A DNA stretch of 21,258 nt from Trueperaceae bacterium. Lineage in GTDB: Bacteria > Deinococcota > Deinococci > Deinococcales > Trueperaceae. Every line of letters starts with the position of its first letter. Position 1 is the first letter of the stretch. Where the stretch lies: positions 38,017 through 59,274 of the forward strand of contig JBBDRK010000036.1 in the NCBI GenBank assembly GCA_040905465.1. The letters are read 5' to 3'. Positions 1 through 7,765 of the stretch are shown piece after piece. Position numbers and translations under genes: made by a program. The notes below the pieces were generated by a model that made no database searches, was not told where the DNA came from, and saw only the letters and a program-made list of their open reading frames with translations.

Positions 1-1
1 G

Positions 2-73
2 AACATTACCGGTCACCTGGCGTTCGATTCCCGTAAAGGGGTCACGGTCGAGGGGGGAGGGCCTGCCACATGA
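2..73 (+). CDS. possible 3' end of an upstream CDS running in from the window edge
   Basis: Open frame from the edge (NITGHLAFDSRKGVTVEGGGPAT*) ending at TGA 71-73; too short to assign. Confidence 0.3.
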   Translation, partial: NITGHLAFDSRKGVTVEGGGPAT

Positions 74-179
74 ACTTTCGCCCGAATCGCCGATCGGCAC
101 CGAGGAACGTGGTCTGGCGGCGCATATCGGTAGTCGGACTCGACTACGGTGGCCGCCGGATAGGACTCGGCGGTCTCAA

Positions 180-863
180 ATGACCAACCCGCCGTGGTAC
201 TTGCAGGAAACGAGGTTCAGCCAGCGCATCGACTCCAAGGACATGGGTGTGTTCATGCGCGTGTGCCCCGAGCGCCGCTACGCTGAAGGCGAAGCGATTT
301 TCCACGACGGCGATCTGGCGAGTCACCTGCACGTAATCGTGCGGGGCCAGGTAAAGCTGTCGGTGTCTACCCCCAAGGGACAGGAGCGAATCCTGGCGGT
401 TCTCGGTCCCGACGACTTTCTCGGCGAGACGTTCGTTCATCAGGCCGAACGGTACCGAGGCGACGCAGTCGCTCTGACCGACGTCGTCACCTGCCCCATG
501 AGCCGCCCGCAGTTCCTGCAGATGACGCGGCGCGCTCCGGACTTCGTCGTAGCATTCACTGGCATTTTGGCGGCGGGCCTGTACCAGTGCCGAGACCAGC
601 TCGGCCGAAGTTACGATCCGGTACGCGTCAGAGTAGCGAAGGTGCTGATCGAACAAGCCGAGCGGTTCGGGGCCCCGGAGGCCGAGCCGGGCTGGTGGAG
701 ACTCGAAACGATCCTGCGGCACGAGGAGATAGCGGCGATGGTATCGGCAACCAGAGTGGCGACGACCATGGCCATGACCGAACTGAGGCAGCAAGGCCTG
801 CTGAAAGGCACGCGCGGAAGCTATCGGTTGAAGCTCGAGCGGTTGTCGGCACTGTCGGAATAG
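180..863 (+). CDS. Crp/Fnr family transcriptional regulator (paralog 1)
   Basis: cNMP-binding-like domain (GEAIFHDGD..LHVIVRGQVKL..G.ERILAVLGPDDFLGE) and C-terminal HTH (LRHEEIAAMVSATRVATT...LRQQGLL). Confidence 0.93.
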   Translation: MTNPPWYLQETRFSQRIDSKDMGVFMRVCPERRYAEGEAIFHDGDLASHLHVIVRGQVKLSVSTPKGQERILAVLGPDDFLGETFVHQAERYRGDAVALTDVVTCPMSRPQFLQMTRRAPDFVVAFTGILAAGLYQCRDQLGRSYDPVRVRVAKVLIEQAERFGAPEAEPGWWRLETILRHEEIAAMVSATRVATTMAMTELRQQGLLKGTRGSYRLKLERLSALSE

Positions 864-968
864 AGATCGGGGCGACCAGGTCCTGGGCATTCGATTAGCT
901 CCGACGGGTTCACGCTTGCCGCGCCCTTGCCCGCCAGGTCGACCAGCAGCGCACTTCGCCCTTGCTTC

Positions 969-1262
969 TTACTTGTCGCGCGAAGTCGTGCAGGTGTTCC
1001 TGCGCGACAGGATAGACCAGCCGAATGCAAGGCTCACCAGAAAGACGACCGCGCTCAGCACCGTAACGAGCACGAAGTTGGCGCCCGGGAACGCCGAAAG
1101 GGCGCTGCCGCCAAGCCACACGGCCACCAGCGGAATCGTGAAAGGCAGGTGGCAGGGGCAGAAAACGAATGCGACTCCCAGCAAGAGGTAGCCCCACAGA
1201 CCCCGTCCGCCCCCGGAGGCGAGACGGCTCTGGTGATTAGTTTCTGGGCTGGGCCGGCGCAT
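969..1262 (-). CDS. merE: MerE-like mercury transport membrane protein
   Basis: GYLL..AFVFCPCHLP matches the MerE CPCHLP signature; hydrophobic helices; ATG 1262 lies 2 nt after the merA stop. Confidence 0.75.
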   Translation of the reverse strand: MRRPSPETNHQSRLASGGGRGLWGYLLLGVAFVFCPCHLPFTIPLVAVWLGGSALSAFPGANFVLVTVLSAVVFLVSLAFGWSILSRRNTCTTSRDK

Positions 1263-1264
1263 GG

Positions 1265-2647
1265 CTAGGCGCAACAGGAAAGCTGCTTGACGTCCGTATC
1301 GAACGCCTGGGCCGCCAGCCGCAGCGACTCCACCGCCGTCAAATATGGGTGGTAGGTGTCGATCAGGTCGCGGTAGTTCAGGCCGAACTTCACCGCCAGG
1401 ATTCCCTCCTGGATCAGCTCGCCCGCTTCCGGAGCGAGAGCGTGAACGCCTAGGATCTGCCCTTCCCCGTCGGTAACCAGCTTGACGAAACCGCGGGTAT
1501 CGAAAGCGGCCAGCGCGCGCGGCACCTGATCCATCGCCAGCACGGACACCCGCACATCCTTGTGGGCGGCCCGGGCCTCGGCCTCGGTCAGACCGACCGC
1601 CGCTACCGCCGGGTCGCTGAATGTCACCCGCGGCAGCCCGCTTAGATCGAGCGGATCGTTGCCGACGCCCAAGGCGTTGCGAGCCGCCAAGCGCCCCGCC
1701 TGCGCGCCCACGTAGACGAACTGCGGCAAGCCGGCCACATCCCCTGCCGCGTAGATGGCCGGGTTGGCCGTGGCCAACCGGCGATCTACCTCCACCGCGC
1801 CACCAGGATTCAGCCGCACGCCGGCCTGCTCCAGGCCCAGCTCCTCGGTGCGCGGCCTTCTTCCCGTTGCCACCAGTAGACGCTCAGCCTGGAACGACCG
1901 TTCCCCGCCCCGGGTCGACGCCGTCACACGATAGTCGTCATCAACGGCCACGTTCGACACTCGAGCATCGGTATGAATCTCGATGCCCTCGGCCTCCAGG
2001 TAGCTACGCAGCTCCTCGCTCACCTGCTCCTCTTCGCCGGAGAGAATGTGTGGCAGCGCCTCGAGGATCGTCACACGGGTGCCGAGACGCGCGTAAGCCT
2101 GCGCCAGCTCGAGGCCGATCGGGCCGCCTCCGATGACCACCAGGCTTGCCGGTTGCCGGTCGGGCGAGAGCGCGTCGATGTAGGTCCAGGGTCGGCTCTC
2201 CGACAACCCCGGTATCGGTGGCAATGTCGGGGCGGCACCGGTCGCTATCAGGAAACGCTTGGCGCGGTACTCCTTGCCGTGTACCTCGAGCTTGTCCGGG
2301 CCGCTGAAGCGCGCAATGCCTCGAATCAGTGGCACCCCGAAGGAGTCGATGACGTCGACGTACTTGTGCTGCCGGAGGTCCTCGACCAGTCCGTTCTTCT
2401 GGGCGATGATCGAGCCGAAGTCGAGCTCACTGCCCTTCGGCGCTACTCCGGCGAAGGAGCTGCCGTTTGCCCTGTGGTTCGCTTCTGCCGCACGAAGCAA
2501 TGTTTTTGAGGGGACACAGCCCACGTTCACGCAGGTGCCGCCCACTGTGCCCCTTTCGATGACCGCTACCTTTGCACCGTGGCCGCTGGCTTCGATGGCG
2601 GCAGCAACACCGGCCGATCCGCTGCCGATGATCAGGAGGTCATGCAC
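1265..2647 (-). CDS. merA: mercuric reductase MerA (catalytic core only, no NmerA domain)
   Basis: IIGSGSAG FAD motif, GGTCVNVGCVPSK redox disulfide, FVYV, HPYLT and C-terminal KQLSCCA vicinal Cys pair; probable GTG start at 2647 with AAGAAGG upstream, overlapping the HMA gene stop. Confidence 0.95.
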   Translation of the reverse strand: MHDLLIIGSGSAGVAAAIEASGHGAKVAVIERGTVGGTCVNVGCVPSKTLLRAAEANHRANGSSFAGVAPKGSELDFGSIIAQKNGLVEDLRQHKYVDVIDSFGVPLIRGIARFSGPDKLEVHGKEYRAKRFLIATGAAPTLPPIPGLSESRPWTYIDALSPDRQPASLVVIGGGPIGLELAQAYARLGTRVTILEALPHILSGEEEQVSEELRSYLEAEGIEIHTDARVSNVAVDDDYRVTASTRGGERSFQAERLLVATGRRPRTEELGLEQAGVRLNPGGAVEVDRRLATANPAIYAAGDVAGLPQFVYVGAQAGRLAARNALGVGNDPLDLSGLPRVTFSDPAVAAVGLTEAEARAAHKDVRVSVLAMDQVPRALAAFDTRGFVKLVTDGEGQILGVHALAPEAGELIQEGILAVKFGLNYRDLIDTYHPYLTAVESLRLAAQAFDTDVKQLSCCA

Positions 2648-2855
2648 CGCTGGCCTTCTTTGCCGCGGCACGATATCCCGCCTTCTCGACGGCCTGTGCA
2701 AGCTCCTCGATGTCTACCTCGCCCTGAACACGCGCCTCCTTCCTCAGGTAGTTCACCTGAGCGCTCTCGACGCCGTCGACGCCCGCCAGAGCCTTTTCGA
2801 CAGTTTGTGCGCAATGCGAGCATGTCATCCCCATGATTGTCAGTTTGTTAGCCAT
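2640..2855 (-). CDS. stand-alone heavy-metal-associated (HMA) domain protein, CopZ/NmerA-like, 71 aa
   Basis: MANKLTIMGMTCSHCAQTVEKAL...AGY; RBS GAAGGAGG before ATG 2855; no signal peptide. Confidence 0.9.
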   Translation of the reverse strand: MANKLTIMGMTCSHCAQTVEKALAGVDGVESAQVNYLRKEARVQGEVDIEELAQAVEKAGYRAAAKKASGA

Positions 2856-2916
2856 TGATTCGCCTCCTTCAGGAGTTGGAGGTCCCCTCGTCCTCGGACG
2901 TCGGCGACATGGTGCG

Positions 2917-2948
2917 AGGCTAATGCCTCCATCTAAGGGGAGAGTCAA
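2917..2948 (-). promoter_or_regulatory. MerR-type promoter/operator of the hma-merA-merE operon
   Basis: Minus strand TTGACT-(20 bp: CTCCCCTTAGATGGAGGCAT)-TAGCCT; long spacer with CTCC..GGAG dyad; merR is divergent. Confidence 0.75.
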
Positions 2949-3014
2949 GGGGTGCCGTCGCTGGCGGTCGCTCATTAGACAGACCAGCAGGCTCCGATCG
3001 GGAAAGATGGGTTC

Positions 3015-3413
3015 ATGATGCGCATCGGCGAGCTGGCGGCGGCAACAGGTGAAACGGTGAAGACCCTACGCTTCTGGGAGTCGCAAGGCCTGCTCGAGGC
3101 CGAACGGAGCGAAACCGGCTACCGCTACTTCCGGGAGAGGATGGCAGAACGTTCCCGTTTCATAAGGCAGGCCCAGGCGCTCGGTTTCACGCTCAACGAG
3201 ATACACGGCATTCTCGAACTGCGTGACGAGGGCCTGCAGCCTTGCGACGACGTGCGCTCGCGACTTCGGGCCCACCTTGCAGGCATCCGTGATCGGCTAC
3301 GGGAGCTGCAGGCGCTGGAACGCGAGCTGGAGTCCCGGCTCCGCTGGGCCGAAGCCGATGCGGAGCCGTTGTGCGAGGACGGCTGCGTCTACCTGGCGTC
3401 TACGTTTACCTGA
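3015..3413 (+). CDS. merR: MerR family Hg/heavy-metal-responsive regulator
   Basis: MRIGELAAATGETVKTLRFWE..GYR..FIRQAQALGFTLNEI; Cys in QPCDDV plus C-terminal CEDGC; divergent from the merA operon. Confidence 0.85.
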   Translation: MMRIGELAAATGETVKTLRFWESQGLLEAERSETGYRYFRERMAERSRFIRQAQALGFTLNEIHGILELRDEGLQPCDDVRSRLRAHLAGIRDRLRELQALERELESRLRWAEADAEPLCEDGCVYLASTFT

Positions 3414-3414
3414 C

Positions 3415-3468
3415 TTAGGCGCAACACGATAACTAGGCGTAAGTCAGCTGTCGGCCGGCGCGCTCGAA
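3415..3468 (-). pseudogene. possible relic of a second merA 3' end
   Basis: Minus frame reads FERAGRQLTYA*LSCCA*, compared with the merA tail FDTDVKQLSCCA*; shares TAGGCGCAACA (plus strand) with 1266-1276. Confidence 0.4.
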
Positions 3469-3840
3469 TCAGGCGGCTACGATCCGCCTCGAGATCTCTG
3501 CGCTCCGCTCGAGCGTCGCATGGATTGGGCAGAGGTCGGCAACTCGCTCGGCCGTCTCCACCCGCTCCGCCGGCAAACCGGGCCACTCGAGCTCCATAGC
3601 CATGCTTCTCACCCGCATCGGCCGCTCTTCCGCCATCTCCCAACTCACGGAGATAGTGAGCGGCGCGAGGTCCACCCCCGTCTGCGGAGCCCAGGACTCG
3701 AACATAAGCGCGGTGCAGCTGGCCAGCGAAGCGCCGAGCAGGTGGTAGGGCGAGATATCTATCCCTTCACTGGCGATCTCGAACCCTTCGCCGGTCATCT
3801 CCAACCGGATCCGCTGTTGGCCATCCAGCACCACCCTCAC
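3469..3840 (-). CDS. OsmC/Ohr-like family protein
   Basis: SPYHLLGASLASCT and CPIHATL two-Cys motifs; GTG 3840 overlaps the upstream TGA (GTGA). Confidence 0.85.
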   Translation of the reverse strand: MRVVLDGQQRIRLEMTGEGFEIASEGIDISPYHLLGASLASCTALMFESWAPQTGVDLAPLTISVSWEMAEERPMRVRSMAMELEWPGLPAERVETAERVADLCPIHATLERSAEISRRIVAA

Positions 3841-4313
3841 GGTATATCGCCCTCGAGCGCGGTGAGGATCGGGCAATAATCGGTCGAGGAGGCGCCGTCA
3901 CAGGCGCTCACGAGCTTGACCAGCGCGCTTTTCATGCGCCGCAGGTCGCCGATCTTCGCTTCGATCTCATCGATCTTGCCCTGTGCTCGCGACCTCACCT
4001 CACCGGCATCGGCATCGGCATCGGCATCGGCAGGAAAGTCTAGCCTGAGCGAAATCAGTTCCTTGATCTCTGCCAGCGAAAAGCCCAGAGCCTTTGCCCG
4101 TTGAATGAATCTCAGCCGGGAGACGGTCTCCGTCGGATACTGGCGGTAACCGGCGTCCGTCCGCGGAGGCTCCTCCAGCAGACCCTGGCGCTCGTAGAAT
4201 CGCACCGTCTCCACGCCCAGTCCTGCCTGACGCGCCACCTGACCTATCTTGAGCACCCCAATCGTGCTCGCACCGTTCCCGGATACTTCGTCTCGCACCG
4301 CCGTCGGGCTCAT
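3837..4313 (-). CDS. MerR family metal-responsive regulator with two Cys only (CueR-like selectivity inferred)
   Basis: LKIGQVARQAGLGVETVRFYERQGLL..GYRQY..LRFIQRAKALGFSLAEI..CDGASSTDYCPIL; ATG 4313 overlaps the upstream TGA (ATGA). Confidence 0.9.
   Translation of the reverse strand: MSPTAVRDEVSGNGASTIGVLKIGQVARQAGLGVETVRFYERQGLLEEPPRTDAGYRQYPTETVSRLRFIQRAKALGFSLAEIKELISLRLDFPADADADADAGEVRSRAQGKIDEIEAKIGDLRRMKSALVKLVSACDGASSTDYCPILTALEGDIP
4004..4032. repeat. in-frame hexanucleotide tandem repeat (CGGCAT, about 4.8 copies)
   Basis: cggcatcggcatcggcatcggcatcggca encodes ADADADADA in the regulator. Confidence 0.9.
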
Positions 4314-4882
4314 CTCTGCCCTCCCGGCCAAGTCAGAATCGGCATGTTCGCCACCGCTCCGGTCTGTTCGATACTTACATCTCCCCGCTCCTCGACCGCC
4401 AGCACCTCGTCAGCCGACCTGAGCTCACGGGCCTCCCCCTCGTCCTGCCAGGTCACCACGTTCACGGCCCGCAGCGGACTGTAGCCCTCACTCGGCGGTG
4501 GGTTGTCGAACACGTCGGGCTGGAAGCCGAACGGGCCGTCTCCAACGACGCCGTTGTCGAAGACGTAGACATTGGCGCGCATCGCCTGCGGAGCCTCCGC
4601 CAGGGACGGCACCAGCAGCACCGGCGAGCCCATCATCTCGCTGAGCGTGTCGGCGATCTCGCCGTCGGAGGCCTCGGTGTGGATGAAGAGGATCTCCTCC
4701 CCCCCGGCGTATCCCTTGACCGGCGGCACCACCGGCCCCTCCGTCTGCATGCCCATGCCGCCCATCTGCGCCTGCGCCCTCCCGGGCGCCAGCAGCGCGT
4801 AGGCCAGCACGAAACCTGCCATCAGCACGGCTACCAGCGTAGTTACGATCAGGTTGCGAGAGATGTCATTGTGGCGTTCCAT
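4310..4882 (-). CDS. exported/membrane-anchored conserved hypothetical protein (DUF7482-like by recollection)
   Basis: RBS AGGAGGAG; N-terminal hydrophobic segment ending AQA-Q; Met-rich MGGMGM; motifs FIHTEASD, VYVF.NG..G.GPFGFQPDVF, YSPL. Confidence 0.8.
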   Translation of the reverse strand: MERHNDISRNLIVTTLVAVLMAGFVLAYALLAPGRAQAQMGGMGMQTEGPVVPPVKGYAGGEEILFIHTEASDGEIADTLSEMMGSPVLLVPSLAEAPQAMRANVYVFDNGVVGDGPFGFQPDVFDNPPPSEGYSPLRAVNVVTWQDEGEARELRSADEVLAVEERGDVSIEQTGAVANMPILTWPGGQR

Positions 4883-4970
4883 GAACTCCTCCTGATTCCG
4901 ATGAAGACTCGGCTATCTCCATGAGCGACTATTCGGCTGGCGGCGTCAAACCCGGCACGTGCTTGTTCAG

Positions 4971-4996
4971 TCGCTACGAAAACGTTTTCGTAGCGA
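4971..4996. promoter_or_regulatory. perfect 26-bp palindrome, LacI-family operator-like
   Basis: TCGCTACGAAAAC|GTTTTCGTAGCGA is self-complementary with no loop; AAAACGTTTT core. Confidence 0.55.
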
Positions 4997-5005
4997 GTAA
5001 CGGCC

Positions 5006-5122
5006 GTGCTGGAGTTGGCCGAACGGTGCCTGGACGCACACAGGCGTTTCACGCCCAGCGGCGTGGAGGAGCTCGAGGGGATGGCGGCGGCCACCGGACT
5101 CAGCCTCGCCGAGCTGATCGTA
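5006..5122 (+). pseudogene. fragment resembling a C45 family (AAT/Ntn-hydrolase) peptidase/acyltransferase
   Basis: VLELAERCLDAHRRFTPSGVEELEGMAAATGLSLAELIV resembles the pre-cleavage helix (EELxGxAxGxGLxxxEL) of C45 proteins; no credible start or end. Confidence 0.55.
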
Positions 5123-7694
5123 CCGGCGCCGAGACAGTTGCACGGAACCCGCCCTCCACTATCGCCTCCCGAATTCCGCCCCGGGTGATTCTGTCGTCGT
5201 CGTATGCCACGATGACGATCCGCTTGTCGGGATCGCCGCGCACCTCCAAGATTCCAGGCAGCTTGCCGACGGCGCTCCGGATGGTGCGGAGGCAGTTCTG
5301 ACAATGCATGTTGGCGACCTCGAAGCGGGCCTCGCGCCGCTGCCCCCGCCTGCTGTCCGGCAACAGTCGGCCGGCGAACGAGTTGACCAGTACCGCGGTG
5401 ACACTGGCGACCATCGCCGCCATCGCCCAGGCCGGGTGCACCAGGCCGGTGGTGGCCAGTGGCACACCGATCCCGTTGAAGGCGAACGCCAGGGAAAGGT
5501 TCTGGACCGTCTTGCGGTAGGAGCTCTTGCCGATCCGGTAGGCGTCGACCACTGCTCCAAGCCGCTCACCCATCAGCACCACGTCGGCCGACTCGATGGC
5601 GATGTCGGTTCCCGCCCCGATCGCCATGCCCACGTCGGCTTGCATGAGCGCGGGAGCGTCATTGATGCCGTCGCCTACCATCACCACCCGGAATCCCTGA
5701 CGCTGCAGCTCGCGCACCGCCTCGGCCTTGTCCTGGGGCAGCACCTCGGCCCGGTACTCGGTTATGTCCACTGACTCCGCCACTGCCCGGGCCGTGCGGG
5801 GATTGTCGCCGGTAAGCATCACCGGTTCCAACCCCACCTCGCGCATGAGTGCCACCGACTCCGCCGCGTCCGGCTTCAGCTCGTCCGCGATGGCGATGAG
5901 GGCGGCCAGCCGGCCGTCGACGGCGAGCGCGGCGACGGTGTTGCCGGCCGACTGCAGCTCCTCCAACCGCTCTTGCAAATCTGCCGGCCAACCCGCGCCA
6001 CCCGGGTCGCCAGTCTCGTCCACAGCCAGGCCCGAGCCGTCGGCACCTTCCCGTTGCGCGCTCGACACCTCCGCCTCGATGAAGCGCGGGCTGCCTACGC
6101 TCACCCGCTTGCCCTCGACAAGAGCCGTCACGCCCTTGCCGGGAGTCGACTCGAACTCGGTGGCCGCCGCGCCAGCCGGCCCCCGCTCTTCGGCGGCCGC
6201 GACCACTGCTCGCGCCAGCGGATGCTCGGAGCTGCTTTCGACGGCCCTGGCCAGGCGCAGCGCCTCGGAAACATCGAAGCCGGCCATCGCCACTACCTCG
6301 GTTACGGCCGGCCTTCCGCGGGTGATGGTTCCGGTTTTGTCCAGCACCACCTTGCGAACATCCTTGAGCACCTCGAACGCCTCGCCGGAGCGCATCAGTA
6401 TCCCCTTCTGGGCGGCGATCCCGCCGCCGCGGATCAGCGCCAGCGGAGTGGCCATCCCCAGCGCGCACGGGTAGCCCATCACCAGGACCGCCAGGGCCGC
6501 GAAGATCGCCCGCACCAGCTCCATCTCGCCGGTGACCAGCCAGGCACCCAGGGTCCAGATCGCGATACCCAGGCCGGCGAAGGCCAGTACCCCGGGCACG
6601 TAATACCTGAGCACCACGTCGACCAGCTGCATGATCCCCGGCTTGAGCGCCCGAGCCTCCTCCACCTGGCGCGCCACCTGCTGCAGGAAGCTCTCCGAAC
6701 CGACCGTCGTTACCCGGACCAGCAGGCTGCCCGTCTGGTTGAGCGAGCCGCCTATCACCTGGTCGCCGGGTCCCTTCTCCTCGGGGATGGACTCGCCGGT
6801 CACCAGGCTCTGATCGACGCCCGAGGCTCCCTCGACCACCTCGCCGTCGACCGGAACAGACTCACCGGGGCGCACCCGAACCAGCTCACCGGGCGCGACC
6901 TGCTCCAACGGCACCTCCTGCTCCCGGCCGTCACGAACCACCCGCGCGGTGGCCGGCACCAGCTCCAGCAGCTTGCGAACCGCCTGGGAGCTCCTGGTGC
7001 GTACCCGAAGCGAAACGAAGCCGGAGAGCAGGTGGTAGGTGGTGATGAACACCGCCACCGCGAAGAAGTCGGCCAGCGGGAAGGCGGGCACCACGAACGC
7101 CAGGAAGCCGCCGGTCAGCCCGGCGAACGCCCCGAACTCCAGCAGCACGTGCTGGTTGAGGATGCCGCGGCGAAGGCTGGCCCAGGCCATGGTGAGAATG
7201 CGCCAGCCGGGACCGAAGACGATCGCCAGCGCCAGCGTGGGCATCAGCCACAACGGCAGCCAGGCGGGAACGAAGCCCATCGCCATCCCGAACCAGCCGC
7301 TCATCGCGCCCAGCAAGGCGAGCAGCGTCATCGCCGCTGCATAGAGCAGGTTGTTGCGCTCGTGGGCGAGCTCGGCCTCTTCCTCCTCGAAGGTGCGCAC
7401 CTTGCCGGGGTCGCGCACCACATACCCCAGGTCGAGCAGGGTCTCCTTCAACCGCTCCGGCGTCACCAGCCCCGGGCGGTACCTCACCAGCGCCTCCTCG
7501 TGGGCGAGGCTCACGTTAGCCTCCTCGACGCCCTCCATCCGGCCGAACGCCTGGTTGATGCTGGCGACGCAGAACGAGCAGGACATCCCGCCCACCTTCA
7601 TTTGCAGGGTCTCCACGGAGTCCTCGGCGAAGGTCGCCGGATCGTTCGACCCGACCGGCGGCCCGTCCTGCTCGCCGGCAGCGCCGCCTCTCAT
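5100..7694 (-). CDS. heavy-metal-translocating P1B-type ATPase with N- and C-terminal HMA domains and a YPC motif
   Basis: GMSCSFC N-terminal HMA, TGES, GYPCALG, DKTGT, SEHPLA, TGDN, GDGINDAPAL, C-terminal MHCQNC HMA. Confidence 0.96.
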   Translation of the reverse strand: MRGGAAGEQDGPPVGSNDPATFAEDSVETLQMKVGGMSCSFCVASINQAFGRMEGVEEANVSLAHEEALVRYRPGLVTPERLKETLLDLGYVVRDPGKVRTFEEEEAELAHERNNLLYAAAMTLLALLGAMSGWFGMAMGFVPAWLPLWLMPTLALAIVFGPGWRILTMAWASLRRGILNQHVLLEFGAFAGLTGGFLAFVVPAFPLADFFAVAVFITTYHLLSGFVSLRVRTRSSQAVRKLLELVPATARVVRDGREQEVPLEQVAPGELVRVRPGESVPVDGEVVEGASGVDQSLVTGESIPEEKGPGDQVIGGSLNQTGSLLVRVTTVGSESFLQQVARQVEEARALKPGIMQLVDVVLRYYVPGVLAFAGLGIAIWTLGAWLVTGEMELVRAIFAALAVLVMGYPCALGMATPLALIRGGGIAAQKGILMRSGEAFEVLKDVRKVVLDKTGTITRGRPAVTEVVAMAGFDVSEALRLARAVESSSEHPLARAVVAAAEERGPAGAAATEFESTPGKGVTALVEGKRVSVGSPRFIEAEVSSAQREGADGSGLAVDETGDPGGAGWPADLQERLEELQSAGNTVAALAVDGRLAALIAIADELKPDAAESVALMREVGLEPVMLTGDNPRTARAVAESVDITEYRAEVLPQDKAEAVRELQRQGFRVVMVGDGINDAPALMQADVGMAIGAGTDIAIESADVVLMGERLGAVVDAYRIGKSSYRKTVQNLSLAFAFNGIGVPLATTGLVHPAWAMAAMVASVTAVLVNSFAGRLLPDSRRGQRREARFEVANMHCQNCLRTIRSAVGKLPGILEVRGDPDKRIVIVAYDDDRITRGGIREAIVEGGFRATVSAPVRSARRG

Positions 7695-7765
7695 CCGACG
7701 CGCTGTTCACAGCTCGGGCAGTGGATCTCGGTATCCCCGGTGATCTTGAATCTGGTCCGGCTCAT
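7691..7765 (-). CDS. 24-aa CxxC mini-ORF / truncated HMA chaperone
   Basis: RBS GGGAGGAA then MSRTRFKITGDTEIHCPSCEQRVG*; TGA overlaps the ATPase ATG (ATGA); below the ORF-track size cut-off. Confidence 0.7.
   Translation of the reverse strand: MSRTRFKITGDTEIHCPSCEQRVG

Noticed and set aside
130-173. Two small hairpins upstream of crp paralog 1 (GTAGTCG/CGACTAC and CCGCCG/CGGCGG around AGGA)
   Set aside because: Stems of 6-7 bp are common in GC-rich DNA and there is no further support
900-968. Minus-strand GRSALLVDLAGKGAAS resembling a ParA-like fragment
   Set aside because: Too short and lacks the conserved D-x-D-P-Q residues
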